Shown here: positions 47,211-55,723 of the stretch, one piece after another
Layout of the letters: each line of letters opens with the position of its first letter
How positions within the stretch are numbered: the stretch's first letter is position 1
DNA from: an uncultured virus (IMG/VR IMGVR_UViG_3300042868_007713)
Lineage: Duplodnaviria > Heunggongvirae > Uroviricota > Caudoviricetes
Reading direction: 5' to 3' (one strand)
IMG/VR virus record: IMGVR_UViG_3300042868_007713
Length of the DNA: 55,723 nucleotides
Translations under genes and position numbers: made by a program
Notes under the pieces: generated by a model
Told to the model about the DNA's origin: nothing
The model's input: only the letters and a program-made list of their open reading frames with translations
Databases searched by the model: none

Positions 47211-47612
47211 TTATATTTTAATTTTTAAATTCAAAGCTATTGCATCTTCTGATGACATCTTATCATGGATGTAAGAATGACAACTATGGCAAGTTGATTT
47301 CCAAGTGTTTGTATCTAAGTAATGCTTACCCCTGTTACTACCTGAATACATATGATGTATTTCAGTAGCACTACCTTTACAAACACCTGGTAAATTAACT
47401 TCACAAAATAAATGAGATTCTAAATAAAGTTTCCTTAATTTAGAATACTCATCATCTTGCTTTTGTTTTTTAATGCTAACTTTTTTTATATTTTTTTTAG
47501 CATTTGGTAACATTTTATAAGTACATCCTTTACAATATTTTTTACCTTCTATACACTTGTATATGTAAGAAAGATTTTTACATAAATGACATATTTTTTT
47601 ATTTATTACCAT
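47211..47612 (-). CDS. Zinc-binding HNH-like protein
   Basis: CHLC, CKGC, CEV...C...EIHH...CHSCHSYIH. Confidence 0.65.
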   Translation of the reverse strand: MVINKKICHLCKNLSYIYKCIEGKKYCKGCTYKMLPNAKKNIKKVSIKKQKQDDEYSKLRKLYLESHLFCEVNLPGVCKGSATEIHHMYSGSNRGKHYLDTNTWKSTCHSCHSYIHDKMSSEDAIALNLKIKI

Positions 47613-47622
47613 AATTTAAGTT

Positions 47623-48147
47623 TTAAGAAATTTTATAAAAGTTTAAAGGAAGCTTTTTTGTTTCAATTAACTTGTCTATTATCATTTTGTGAGATATTTG
47701 TAAATCTTTAAATGTACTATAATTTACTAATGCATCCACATAATAATCATTATTATTTAAATTTAATTCTTGTACAATTTTAGAATTAGGAAATAATTTA
47801 CTTAATAAATTGTTAATTTGAATGTCAGTTATTTGTTGTTTCCATCTATTAAGTACTATTTGAGTTTGTTTTTGATTCTCAATTAGTTTAGATTTTTCCA
47901 TAACTGTAAGCTTTTTTAATTCTTTTTCACTTAATATTTCAATACCATATATAGCTAATCTGTAAATCCTAATTTGTTTTGGATTTAAATTAACTGTTTC
48001 TTGATAATTTTTAAAATTATTACTGATATGTTTTTCCAGTAATGTTTCATTTTCTTTACCATATTTAATAAAGAAATTTTTTCGTTTATCTATATAATTT
48101 ATAGATATGCCGTTAGTAGTTGCTGTAACAACTTTATTTTGTTTCAT
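47623..48147 (-). CDS. Hypothetical protein
   Basis: 174-aa ORF. Confidence 0.6.
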   Translation of the reverse strand: MKQNKVVTATTNGISINYIDKRKNFFIKYGKENETLLEKHISNNFKNYQETVNLNPKQIRIYRLAIYGIEILSEKELKKLTVMEKSKLIENQKQTQIVLNRWKQQITDIQINNLLSKLFPNSKIVQELNLNNNDYYVDALVNYSTFKDLQISHKMIIDKLIETKKLPLNFYKIS

Positions 48148-48188
48148 GTTAAAATAATTTAGTTTTTTAAAAATTAGTCAAGTTTTTG

Positions 48189-48632
48189 TTATTCTAATAT
48201 AAGATTCAATTCTTTATTAGCTTCAATAGCTTCTTTAATTTGAGCTGTATTGTTATGTTGAATTAATAAATCTTGCTCATTCATATTAGTTGTATAACGT
48301 TGTCTTCTATAAATAGGTTGACCATCTAATAAACAAGGAATACCTGAATTACCTGCCATTTTCATTTCTTTTTCAGCATTGTTTTCATTAAATGGAATAA
48401 AAGATTCTTCAATAATAATTTGACCATCTAATTCTTGATCTTTTGTAAAATTAAAATCTTTTAATTCATCAAATTTACCAAAAATTAAACATGTTTTCCT
48501 TTGATTTTTAACCCAGTTTCCATTAATAATATTAGATTTTTGTTCTAATTTGATGTATCCTATTTCAGGATTAGCTGTAGGAATAATTACATTACCTAAA
48601 TCATCTGCTTGTACTTTTACTTTTGTTGTCAT
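48189..48632 (-). CDS. Hypothetical protein
   Basis: 147-aa ORF containing GQPIYR. Confidence 0.65.
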   Translation of the reverse strand: MTTKVKVQADDLGNVIIPTANPEIGYIKLEQKSNIINGNWVKNQRKTCLIFGKFDELKDFNFTKDQELDGQIIIEESFIPFNENNAEKEMKMAGNSGIPCLLDGQPIYRRQRYTTNMNEQDLLIQHNNTAQIKEAIEANKELNLILE

Positions 48633-48670
48633 TTTTTTACGTTTTTAATTGTTAATAATTGTTTTGAAAT

Positions 48671-48701
48671 AAAAAAAGCAAGACTGTTATGTCTTGCTTT
48701 T
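48671..48701 (-). terminator. Intrinsic terminator
   Basis: aaaagcaagac-tgttat-gtcttgctttt, with a U-tract on the minus strand. Confidence 0.75.
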
Positions 48702-48723
48702 AATTGTTGTTTATAAATAAATC

Positions 48724-48960
48724 TTATTCTTCTAATAAATCATCATCTATATCAAGTGATTTATCATTGTATACTTGATCTATAGGATCATATATATCAT
48801 CTATTACATTTTTGTCATTTAGGGCTGAATTTGAAAAAGGATTTTCATAAAATTCACCCACTTCATAAGCAATAAAGTATTCAATATCTTCATCTGTCAT
48901 TTGAAGATATTGTTCTATTGAAATTTCAATAACTTTACCACTGGTGAGTTGATATATCAT
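48724..48960 (-). CDS. Small, highly acidic hypothetical protein
   Basis: 78 aa, D/E-rich. Confidence 0.65.
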   Translation of the reverse strand: MIYQLTSGKVIEISIEQYLQMTDEDIEYFIAYEVGEFYENPFSNSALNDKNVIDDIYDPIDQVYNDKSLDIDDDLLEE

Positions 48961-49156
48961 ATAATGTAAATATATATTAAATATATTAATAACATATATG
49001 TCATATATTTAATATAATGGATAATAGAGCTATGAATTATATATCTTTTTTTTCCAATATGCATTTGTCTTGTTAATGCATTGTTGTTTTTCTTTTAACT
49101 TTTGTTTAAGTAACATGTTTTCTTGCTTTAAGTTACTTAATAATGTGCTTGTTGTG

Positions 49157-49438
49157 TTAGTAACTGCTGTCATTATCATCATTTTTTGCATTAATCCAAT
49201 CAGAAATATCTAAATTATTTGCAAATTCATTATCAAAATATTCAAATATTTCTAATCTTAAATCTTTAATTTTTGGACCTTTACCATTTTTAGACCATTC
49301 TGATATTATATCACCATATTGTGTTTGTAATTCAATAGAAGTAATTTCAAAATCAAGTTCTGAATTAACATCAGCTTCAATAATGGTAGTTACAATACTA
49401 TCAGAAAATTCTTTTATAACTTTTCTTGTATTCTTCAT
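49157..49438 (-). CDS. Hypothetical protein
   Basis: ORF within the operon. Confidence 0.55.
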   Translation of the reverse strand: MKNTRKVIKEFSDSIVTTIIEADVNSELDFEITSIELQTQYGDIISEWSKNGKGPKIKDLRLEIFEYFDNEFANNLDISDWINAKNDDNDSSY

Positions 49439-49441
49439 AAT

Positions 49442-49822
49442 TTACTTAGAATATTGTTTTACCAAATTATCAATAAAATCATTCATACTATCTTTAGTTT
49501 CAAAAATAGTTTCTAATGTAATTTTTTGAATTACTTCTTCTAAAGTTGGTTTTTTTGTATTTTTTAATCTATTTTCTAATTTATTAATATCTGTAATATC
49601 ATCATTATACACATATTGAAATAAATTTAAATCTTTTAAATTATTTTTAATAGAAAGCATTTTTTTTTCTAATGCAGTATTTTCTTTATCTAATTTATTA
49701 TATTCAGCAACTATTTTACTAAATTTAATTGTTTGTTCTTTAGTAAATTTAGGTTCTGTTTTAGGTATTTTATTTAATACTTCTTGGGCTAATGCTTTAA
49801 TTTGTGTGTTGTTAAGTTTCAT
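49442..49822 (-). CDS. Hypothetical coiled-coil protein
   Basis: ORF within the operon. Confidence 0.55.
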   Translation of the reverse strand: MKLNNTQIKALAQEVLNKIPKTEPKFTKEQTIKFSKIVAEYNKLDKENTALEKKMLSIKNNLKDLNLFQYVYNDDITDINKLENRLKNTKKPTLEEVIQKITLETIFETKDSMNDFIDNLVKQYSK

Positions 49823-49833
49823 AATTTTTATTT

Positions 49834-50631
49834 TTATTTTTTAATTGGTACTAATAATTGAGCGTTACCTTCTTTAATTAATTTCCATTCTACTTCATCA
49901 TTGTTTAAATAAAATCCTTTATTTTTATATTCACCACAACTTCTAATTTCAATTGGTGATTCATTAAAACCTAACAATTTAAATTGTTCAGTTGTAAATA
50001 TATCAGAATTATATTTTTTAATATAATCACTAAAATCAAATTCAGGTTTTGGAAAATATTTTGGATGATTTAATCTTATTACAGGTTTTAAAGAATTAGA
50101 AGCAATTCTTTCTAATTCTATTAGTGCACTTATTGTAGTAGTACCATCTACTTTAAAATTATCATTAATAAAATCTTGTACTTCAATGTCTGAATATTCA
50201 TAATATGCATTTAAATCATCTCTTGAAATTTGTATTGTATTTGATGGATTAATTTCATTTACTAATTCTGCTTTTTTATCATATGAAGTAAATAATTCAA
50301 CCATATCTTTAAGTTTAATAGAATAACTTTTTTTATCTATGTCAAAATCTGAACCTGATTCTACTTTTTGTAATGCATATTCAGACATAATATAATCTTT
50401 ACCATCTTTTGTTTTAATCCCATATATTGTTTTTTCTGTAAAACAAGGATGTTGTTGTACATTTACTATAAGAGCAATTGATTTATTTTTTGGTCTTTCA
50501 TTTTCATTCCAATTTTTTAAATCCATTATTTGTGCCATTTCTTGATAAGTAGAGAATACTCCACCTACATTTGTTACTTTTACTTTGTCTCCAATTTTAA
50601 ATTTGCTTTCTGCCATGATTTTTATTTTCAT
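49834..50631 (-). CDS. Hypothetical protein with N-terminal SH3-like segment
   Basis: KFKIGDKVKV; true start is probably MAESK. Confidence 0.6.
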   Translation of the reverse strand: MKIKIMAESKFKIGDKVKVTNVGGVFSTYQEMAQIMDLKNWNENERPKNKSIALIVNVQQHPCFTEKTIYGIKTKDGKDYIMSEYALQKVESGSDFDIDKKSYSIKLKDMVELFTSYDKKAELVNEINPSNTIQISRDDLNAYYEYSDIEVQDFINDNFKVDGTTTISALIELERIASNSLKPVIRLNHPKYFPKPEFDFSDYIKKYNSDIFTTEQFKLLGFNESPIEIRSCGEYKNKGFYLNNDEVEWKLIKEGNAQLLVPIKK

Positions 50632-50747
50632 TTTTTATTTAATTATTTTGTAAATAAACATTGCTAAATGTCCTAAAATACTTATTATAGCTAACATTAT
50701 TACTATAAAGTATATAACCTCATCTAAACGATATTTTTTATTCATTT

Positions 50748-51017
50748 TTATTGTTTTATATCATTATTATTTGTTTCTTCTACAGGTTCTAAATTAGATT
50801 TAATGTATTTAAATGTACCACGTTTAGGAACATATACTTTAATTGATTCATTATTAATTTCTAAAATAGTACCTACTTCTTGTGTGTTTTTAATTTTAAT
50901 TTTTTCTCCTGTTTTCATTTTATTTTGTTTTAAAATGTTAATATAAGTATTTAAAGTAAAGAATAATAAGACTGATTTTAATAAATAATAGCAAATAAAT
51001 AAACCAATCTTTATCAT
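50748..51017 (-). CDS. Small hypothetical protein (true start probably MKTGEK)
   Basis: KOW/SH3-like GEKIKI...VGTILEI. Confidence 0.45.
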   Translation of the reverse strand: MIKIGLFICYYLLKSVLLFFTLNTYINILKQNKMKTGEKIKIKNTQEVGTILEINNESIKVYVPKRGTFKYIKSNLEPVEETNNNDIKQ

Positions 51018-51049
51018 ATATGTTTTTTATATGTTTCATGTTGTTTGTT

Positions 51050-51883
51050 TTAAAAAATGTATCTAATATTTGCTAAATTAAAGAATTCAGAATAAATTTT
51101 CTTAAATTCTTCTATAAATTTTGTTTTATGTATTAAAGGATACCTCATTATACCTGAAGAATTTTTAATTTCAGAACTATATTTCATAATTTCTTTAGAT
51201 TCTTCTGTAGCTTTTTCCATTTGTCTAGCATGATTAGTAAGAGCTATAACTTCACATTTATGTTCTCCTACTACTTCTTTAACTTCTTTAAACAGATTAT
51301 AATAGTATTCTTTCCAATTTAAATAAAATATTAAAGGACTAAAATTAATATGAACTTCCCAACCTAAATCTTTAAGTCTATTAATATCTTGTATTCTACT
51401 AGATATTTTTTGCATCTTAGGTTCTAGTACATCTGAATACTCCTGTGGCATTAAACTAACCCTTACTCTGGGTTTTTTATTAAAATGTGTAACATCTAAT
51501 TCTAATAGACTTGGATATTTAGTTGCCATAGTACTATTTAATTTAGGATGATCATCATATCTTTTAAGGTAGTCTAATAAAGGTTCAGGCATATGCTTCT
51601 GCATTAATACTAAATCTGAATTACAACTAACATCTACCATTGTATATACAGGATCTTGTTGGTCTGGTATTTTTGTATAGGATTTTTCCCATTCTACAAC
51701 AGAATTAAATATATCATCTACATTAGTATTTACATACACCCTAGTATTATTATTTCTAGACATATAGCAATATGTATTAACACATCCTCCAAAACAACCA
51801 TAAATAACATTAGGTGCAATACAGTTAGCACTATTATCATTAGGTTTTGTTATAAGAGTTTTAGTTTTTTGTAGTTTAATCAT
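51050..51883 (-). CDS. Spore photoproduct lyase-like radical SAM protein
   Basis: YGCFGGCVNTYCYM cluster motif, SCNSDL (counterpart of SplB Cys141 SCTSD), ATKY, RVRVSLMP, RIQDIN, MRY, IRYIF. Confidence 0.8.
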   Translation of the reverse strand: MIKLQKTKTLITKPNDNSANCIAPNVIYGCFGGCVNTYCYMSRNNNTRVYVNTNVDDIFNSVVEWEKSYTKIPDQQDPVYTMVDVSCNSDLVLMQKHMPEPLLDYLKRYDDHPKLNSTMATKYPSLLELDVTHFNKKPRVRVSLMPQEYSDVLEPKMQKISSRIQDINRLKDLGWEVHINFSPLIFYLNWKEYYYNLFKEVKEVVGEHKCEVIALTNHARQMEKATEESKEIMKYSSEIKNSSGIMRYPLIHKTKFIEEFKKIYSEFFNLANIRYIF

Positions 51884-51899
51884 ATTTTTTAATTTTTAG

Positions 51900-52035
51900 T
51901 AGTCAGGACAGGATTTGAACCTGTAAATAAGCAAGCATTTGTGGAATTTACCATACGGCTATATCCTTGCTTCACCTTTCATATCCATAAAGGACACCTT
52001 CAACGTGTGCGTCTTTCCAATTCCGCCACCTGACT
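51900..52035 (-). ncRNA. Expanded tRNA-like RNA (136 nt; possible Ser-TGA anticodon loop)
   Basis: Acceptor stem AGTCAGG/CCTGACT+A; D arm GCG-GAATTGGAAAGA-CGC; T arm ACAGG-TTCAAAT-CCTGT; enlarged central region; no encoded CCA. Confidence 0.75.
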
Positions 52036-52043
52036 ATTATTAT

Positions 52044-52256
52044 TTATCCTATATCATCAGGAGCTGGTTGTTTTGATGGTTCTGATACTAATATTTTACC
52101 ATCTTCAAATGTAAGATTAATCTGCCCTTCAAAATTATGTACAATACAATGTTGTATTAATTCTTTAATTTCTGTTACAGATGTAACAATTGTTGTGTTT
52201 ACTATTTGCATGATTTTATTTTTTAAATTGTTAAAGTAAAAATATATGTTATCCAT
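52044..52256 (-). CDS. Hypothetical protein (true start probably MQIVNT)
   Basis: Small ORF ending just before the tRNA-like gene. Confidence 0.5.
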   Translation of the reverse strand: MDNIYFYFNNLKNKIMQIVNTTIVTSVTEIKELIQHCIVHNFEGQINLTFEDGKILVSEPSKQPAPDDIG

Positions 52257-52341
52257 CCAAAATCAATTTGTATTTTACCATTTGAAAGTTTACTAAATGC
52301 AATCATTGGAAGAATTAACCATGTTTTATTTTCTTTCATAT

Positions 52342-52554
52342 TTATTTTTTAAAAGTTTCGTTGTATAATTCTAATAAATCAGCAACATTATATGCTTTTA
52401 ATGTGTTATAATTATTATCACACCATTTAGCAAATTCTATTTGTTGTTGCTTTTCCATTACTTTGGCTTGTAATAATTTTTTATCAAATTTAGAAATTGT
52501 TTCATAATCTAATTCATTTATTAGCCAATCTACTGCTGTAATTTGCTTTTCCAT
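52342..52554 (-). CDS. Hypothetical protein (TAVxW...MEKQQ family)
   Basis: ITAVDWLINEL...AKVMEKQQ...LYNETFKK. Confidence 0.65.
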   Translation of the reverse strand: MEKQITAVDWLINELDYETISKFDKKLLQAKVMEKQQQIEFAKWCDNNYNTLKAYNVADLLELYNETFKK

Positions 52555-52928
52555 TATAATTTTCTGTATTTTAATGATGTAAAATCTGTTGTAGATGTCA
52601 TAACATCAATGTTATCTATCATATTTTTAAAATATGGTTCACATTCATAATGATCATGTGCTTTTTTATTAAGATGGATAACACTGGTATGATCTTTAGG
52701 AATTATACTAATAACTTCACCAGCAGTTTCTAATTTATAACCTTTTTTTAATAAGAAATACACAGCCATTTTACGTGCATTTACAAATTCAGGCTTTCTA
52801 ATCTGACTTACTAAGTTATTAATACTTACCTTTGTTTGATCACATATATTACTAAGTAGGCTATATTCATAACCATTTAATTTTTTAAGATGTTTTTTTA
52901 CTTCTTGGTCTGTTGCTGTTTTATTCAT
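52554..52928 (-). CDS. DnaA domain IV-like HTH protein
   Basis: RKPEFVNARKMAVYFL...LETAGEVI...KDHTSVIH, matching the DnaA R...ARQIAMYL...IG...RDHTTV.H signature. Confidence 0.75.
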   Translation of the reverse strand: MNKTATDQEVKKHLKKLNGYEYSLLSNICDQTKVSINNLVSQIRKPEFVNARKMAVYFLLKKGYKLETAGEVISIIPKDHTSVIHLNKKAHDHYECEPYFKNMIDNIDVMTSTTDFTSLKYRKL

Positions 52929-53065
52929 TTTATTTATTTTTAAGTTCTTCTATTAGTTTTTTATATTCAATTTCAGATAATATATATAATAAACAAAAAA
53001 TTAAACTTATTATTGCTACTGCTGTTATAATTAATGCATTCATAAACTTATATTATTTAATTTAT

Positions 53066-53296
53066 TTAAAAAGCAACTTTAGAATATTTACTTATATCAA
53101 AAAATCCATTACCATCATCAAAATTATATAAATCTTTTACAACAATGTTTGGTTTAATGTTTAATTTTTTAATACTTTTAGTTAATACATGTGGAGTTGT
53201 ATTTGCTATATTACATAATTGATTATTACTCATTAATCCATAATTATGTTTTATAACTTCTATTTGTTCGTCTGTTAAAATAACTTTTGCCGGCAT
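53066..53296 (-). CDS. Small putative HTH protein
   Basis: LTDEQIEVIKHNY..MSNNQLC. Confidence 0.5.
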   Translation of the reverse strand: MPAKVILTDEQIEVIKHNYGLMSNNQLCNIANTTPHVLTKSIKKLNIKPNIVVKDLYNFDDGNGFFDISKYSKVAF

Positions 53297-53301
53297 ATTT
53301 T

Positions 53302-53550
53302 TTAATTATTAGTTAATATATTTAAAACTTGTTCTGGTGTAATTTTTATAGAACAAAATGTATTGCTATCATTATTTTTTTTAATAAATAATTTAGGACT
53401 ATCTAATTTATCCCAATATATTTCTATTAATGCTTTTTCATTTAATTCATAAGTTAAATAATAACCTTTATAACCTGTACGTTCCATTACAACATTATCA
53501 TTTAAATCATGTCTTTTAAATCCTAAGTCAATGTATTTTTTGTATCTCAT
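53302..53550 (-). CDS. Hypothetical protein
   Basis: Small ORF. Confidence 0.55.
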   Translation of the reverse strand: MRYKKYIDLGFKRHDLNDNVVMERTGYKGYYLTYELNEKALIEIYWDKLDSPKLFIKKNNDSNTFCSIKITPEQVLNILTNN

Positions 53551-53574
53551 TTTTATTTGTTTTTAATTAATAAT

Positions 53575-53608
53575 AAAAAAAACCTACTATATTCTAGTAG
53601 GTTTTTTT
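53575..53608. terminator. Intrinsic terminator
   Basis: aaaaaaacctacta-tattc-tagtaggttttttt. Confidence 0.78.
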
Positions 53609-53615
53609 AGTTGCT

Positions 53616-53840
53616 TTATTCAAAAGATTCATCTTTTAATAGTACATATGTTGCAACAAGTGAACCAAATAGTAATAAATTTACAGATATAATTACATTG
53701 TAAGTACAAGGCAAACCTATTACATAAGATTCAGGTTTATCATTTATAACTCCTTTTAATATGTCTACTAATGATATAAATAAGGTTACATCTAATAAAA
53801 TGCAATAAAGAAATAAAATTTGTTTTATTATTTTTTTCAT
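53616..53840 (-). CDS. Small membrane protein (2 TM)
   Basis: Two hydrophobic segments. Confidence 0.55.
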   Translation of the reverse strand: MKKIIKQILFLYCILLDVTLFISLVDILKGVINDKPESYVIGLPCTYNVIISVNLLLFGSLVATYVLLKDESFE

Positions 53841-53842
53841 GT

Positions 53843-54094
53843 TTAAAGATTTTTAATTTTTTCTAATGTTTGATTTACTTCTTCTTCTGATAAATAATCC
53901 ATTACATCACCTGTAATAAATGTATCATAAGTTATTTGTCCATTACTATCTAATACAGCCAGTTCCCATAAACCTTGTTTTTCGCCATATGAACCTGTAG
54001 TTTGAATTATAGATGCACCATAACCATTTTCAGCTTGATAATAATATTGAATACCATCTTCCGTATCAGTTTTTTTTAATGTTTTAAAATCCAT
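53843..54094 (-). CDS. Conserved-looking phage hypothetical protein
   Basis: ENGYGASII...SYG...GLWELAVL...YDT.IT.DV..YLS.EEV. Confidence 0.7.
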   Translation of the reverse strand: MDFKTLKKTDTEDGIQYYYQAENGYGASIIQTTGSYGEKQGLWELAVLDSNGQITYDTFITGDVMDYLSEEEVNQTLEKIKNL

Positions 54095-54108
54095 TATTTA
54101 AGTTTTAG

Positions 54109-54345
54109 TTAATTAATTGTTGTGTCTTTGCAATCTACAAAAAGAATATACTCACATTCTTCATATGTTTTTTTAGGATCACCTATATGTATTTCTTTAA
54201 TACACCAAGCATCAGTAAATGCTTCATATTCTGTATTAGCAGGACATTCTTCCCAATTACATTTATGTTTGCTTTGATTGTTGAATATTAAGTATCCAAC
54301 TACAGTTACAACTATAACTGCTATAATAATTTGTAGTTTTTTCAT
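54109..54345 (-). CDS. Small membrane-anchored Cys-rich protein
   Basis: N-terminal TM helix; five Cys. Confidence 0.55.
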   Translation of the reverse strand: MKKLQIIIAVIVVTVVGYLIFNNQSKHKCNWEECPANTEYEAFTDAWCIKEIHIGDPKKTYEECEYILFVDCKDTTIN

Positions 54346-54419
54346 TTGTTTTGTTTTTAAATTGTTAATGATAAGTTAAAGGGTTTGATGTAATCTCCCC
54401 CCTTAACTCAAAAAAGTGT

Positions 54420-54650
54420 TTAATATCTTTCAGGACAACTGTTATTGTGGTCTTGCATATCAGACATTCTGAATATTGGTATCCACCAGTACAATAACAT
54501 AAGTGCATACATTTGTCCAGGAGAACATAATATTTCCCTGTATGATATATTACCTATAAAAGCAACAATACCTGATGCTAATAAGTAAGTAAGTAACAAT
54601 ATACTGATGTATTCTAAAAGAAATCTTGTGCTTGAATATTTTGTTTTCAT
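54420..54650 (-). CDS. Small membrane protein
   Basis: Two hydrophobic segments. Confidence 0.55.
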   Translation of the reverse strand: MKTKYSSTRFLLEYISILLLTYLLASGIVAFIGNISYREILCSPGQMYALMLLYWWIPIFRMSDMQDHNNSCPERY

Positions 54651-54660
54651 AATATAATTT

Positions 54661-55419
54661 TTATTTAACGTTACGTTTTAAGAAATCAGCCAATGTATTT
54701 TTATCAGCAGTAACAAATTGTAATTTTTTATTATTTTTTTTAAGAAATTGTAAAAATTTATGATGATCATACTTTTTAGTAGAATTATAATAATCTACAT
54801 ATGCAGAAACAAATGTTTTGTTGCTTATTCTGTCCATACGTGGAATTATTTTAAGAGTATCAGTAATACAATCAAATAATTTAATACATTTTTCCTCATT
54901 AGTTACATTAAATTGTCCGTTTTTAATTACTTTTGATGTACTACTATCTAAAACAGGTACTCTATTAGAATGTAAAATAGAAGCAATTTGAAGTATTTCA
55001 AGATCATAAGTATTAAAATGTTTCATTAATGTTTTATAATAAGGATTAACATAACTCCATGCTTGAATATAATCTATTAAACTCCATGATTTACTTGTAT
55101 TATTTATTAAAGCCATTGTTTCTACAAGATCTAAATCATTTTCTATTTTAATTTGCACGTATGGAAAATCCATATTATTACGTAACAAAGCATGATAAAG
55201 ATGTTGACCATCAATAATGTATAAACCTTTTTTACCTAAATAAGTAAATTCAGCTGCAATAATAGGTCTAATTACACCCATTCTTTCAACAGATTTTGCA
55301 ATAGTAGTAACTCTTGCTGGTCTAAGAATTCTGTTTAAAGCAACAAGAAAATCAAAACCTTTACCATCTTTAGGCATTATTTTAATATCCATTAAATTTG
55401 TTTTTGTTATTTTTTTCAT
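54661..55419 (-). CDS. ParB/Srx-like N-terminal domain protein
   Basis: LNRIL...RPII...YIIDGQHLYHAL...INNTSKSWSLIDY. Confidence 0.7.
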   Translation of the reverse strand: MKKITKTNLMDIKIMPKDGKGFDFLVALNRILRPARVTTIAKSVERMGVIRPIIAAEFTYLGKKGLYIIDGQHLYHALLRNNMDFPYVQIKIENDLDLVETMALINNTSKSWSLIDYIQAWSYVNPYYKTLMKHFNTYDLEILQIASILHSNRVPVLDSSTSKVIKNGQFNVTNEEKCIKLFDCITDTLKIIPRMDRISNKTFVSAYVDYYNSTKKYDHHKFLQFLKKNNKKLQFVTADKNTLADFLKRNVK

Positions 55420-55723
55420 TTTTTTTTTTTTGAGTTTTTAAGTTTAAAAATTAGTTTGAGAAATAAAGTAAACCTACTAAGCTATATAGCTGTTCAGTTT
55501 ACTAGTTTTATTTTTTGATATTGAAAGTAGATTCTATTAATCTTACAGAATATACCGACCATTTGATTTTTGTAAGATTCAAATAACACCATAGTATATA
55601 AGATGGATGTTTTTTGATAGCTTCTTCTAATGTTAAGGAAATGATGTGCGGCTTATTACTAAACCAACAGTTATCCCACGGTCTAGTACATACTCTTGTA
55701 GCATCATATCTTTCATGTGGTTT

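Noticed and set aside
51900..52035. Canonical tRNA-Ser/Leu or tmRNA call
   Set aside because: The anticodon arm is shortened and the variable region far too long for a normal tRNA; the RNA is too short for tmRNA and has no tag ORF.
751..53131. Short opposite-strand ORFs (751, 12788, 19398, 20355, 24275, 26475, 28388, 33889, 36966, 38260, 39035, 41401, 41853, 51656, 52913)
   Set aside because: Shadow frames overlapping well-supported genes, with F/S/I/L-rich antisense composition.
1..55723. Stop-codon reassignment (TAG or TGA), as in some crAss-like phages
   Set aside because: Genes, including an 11.7-kb ORF, are intact and densely packed under code 11; no suppressor tRNA seen.

Overview
A very AT-rich (roughly 23-25% GC by eye) fragment of a tailed dsDNA phage genome, most consistent with a crAss-like / Crassvirales-related phage of a Bacteroidota (Flavobacterium-like) host, read in standard code 11. 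Bases 1-17460 (+) are the end of the virion cargo/ejection gene block. It includes a 3897-aa two-barrel virion RNA polymerase fused to two zincin-like domains, a FVFGSN (A1S_2505/macro-like) domain and an SF1 helicase. From about 17.5 kb to the end, mostly on the minus strand, lie nucleotide-metabolism, replication and early genes: dCTP deaminase, dNMP kinase, PolB, PD-(D/E)XK nuclease, primase, DnaB, AAA ATPases, vWA, a degenerate UDG, an SF2 helicase, an SPL-like radical SAM enzyme, a ParB-like protein and many small genes. An inverted (+) lysis island interrupts this arm at 34.8-38.4 kb. The most unusual signals are: cysteines almost confined to the extreme ends of consecutive cargo proteins (possible disulfide daisy chain); a 190-bp GC-richer insert in the loop of a terminator, flanked by TAGC repeats; a 136-nt expanded tRNA-like RNA; and a free-standing zincin-nucleotidyltransferase. 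All calls come from motif reading by eye; no database searches were run.
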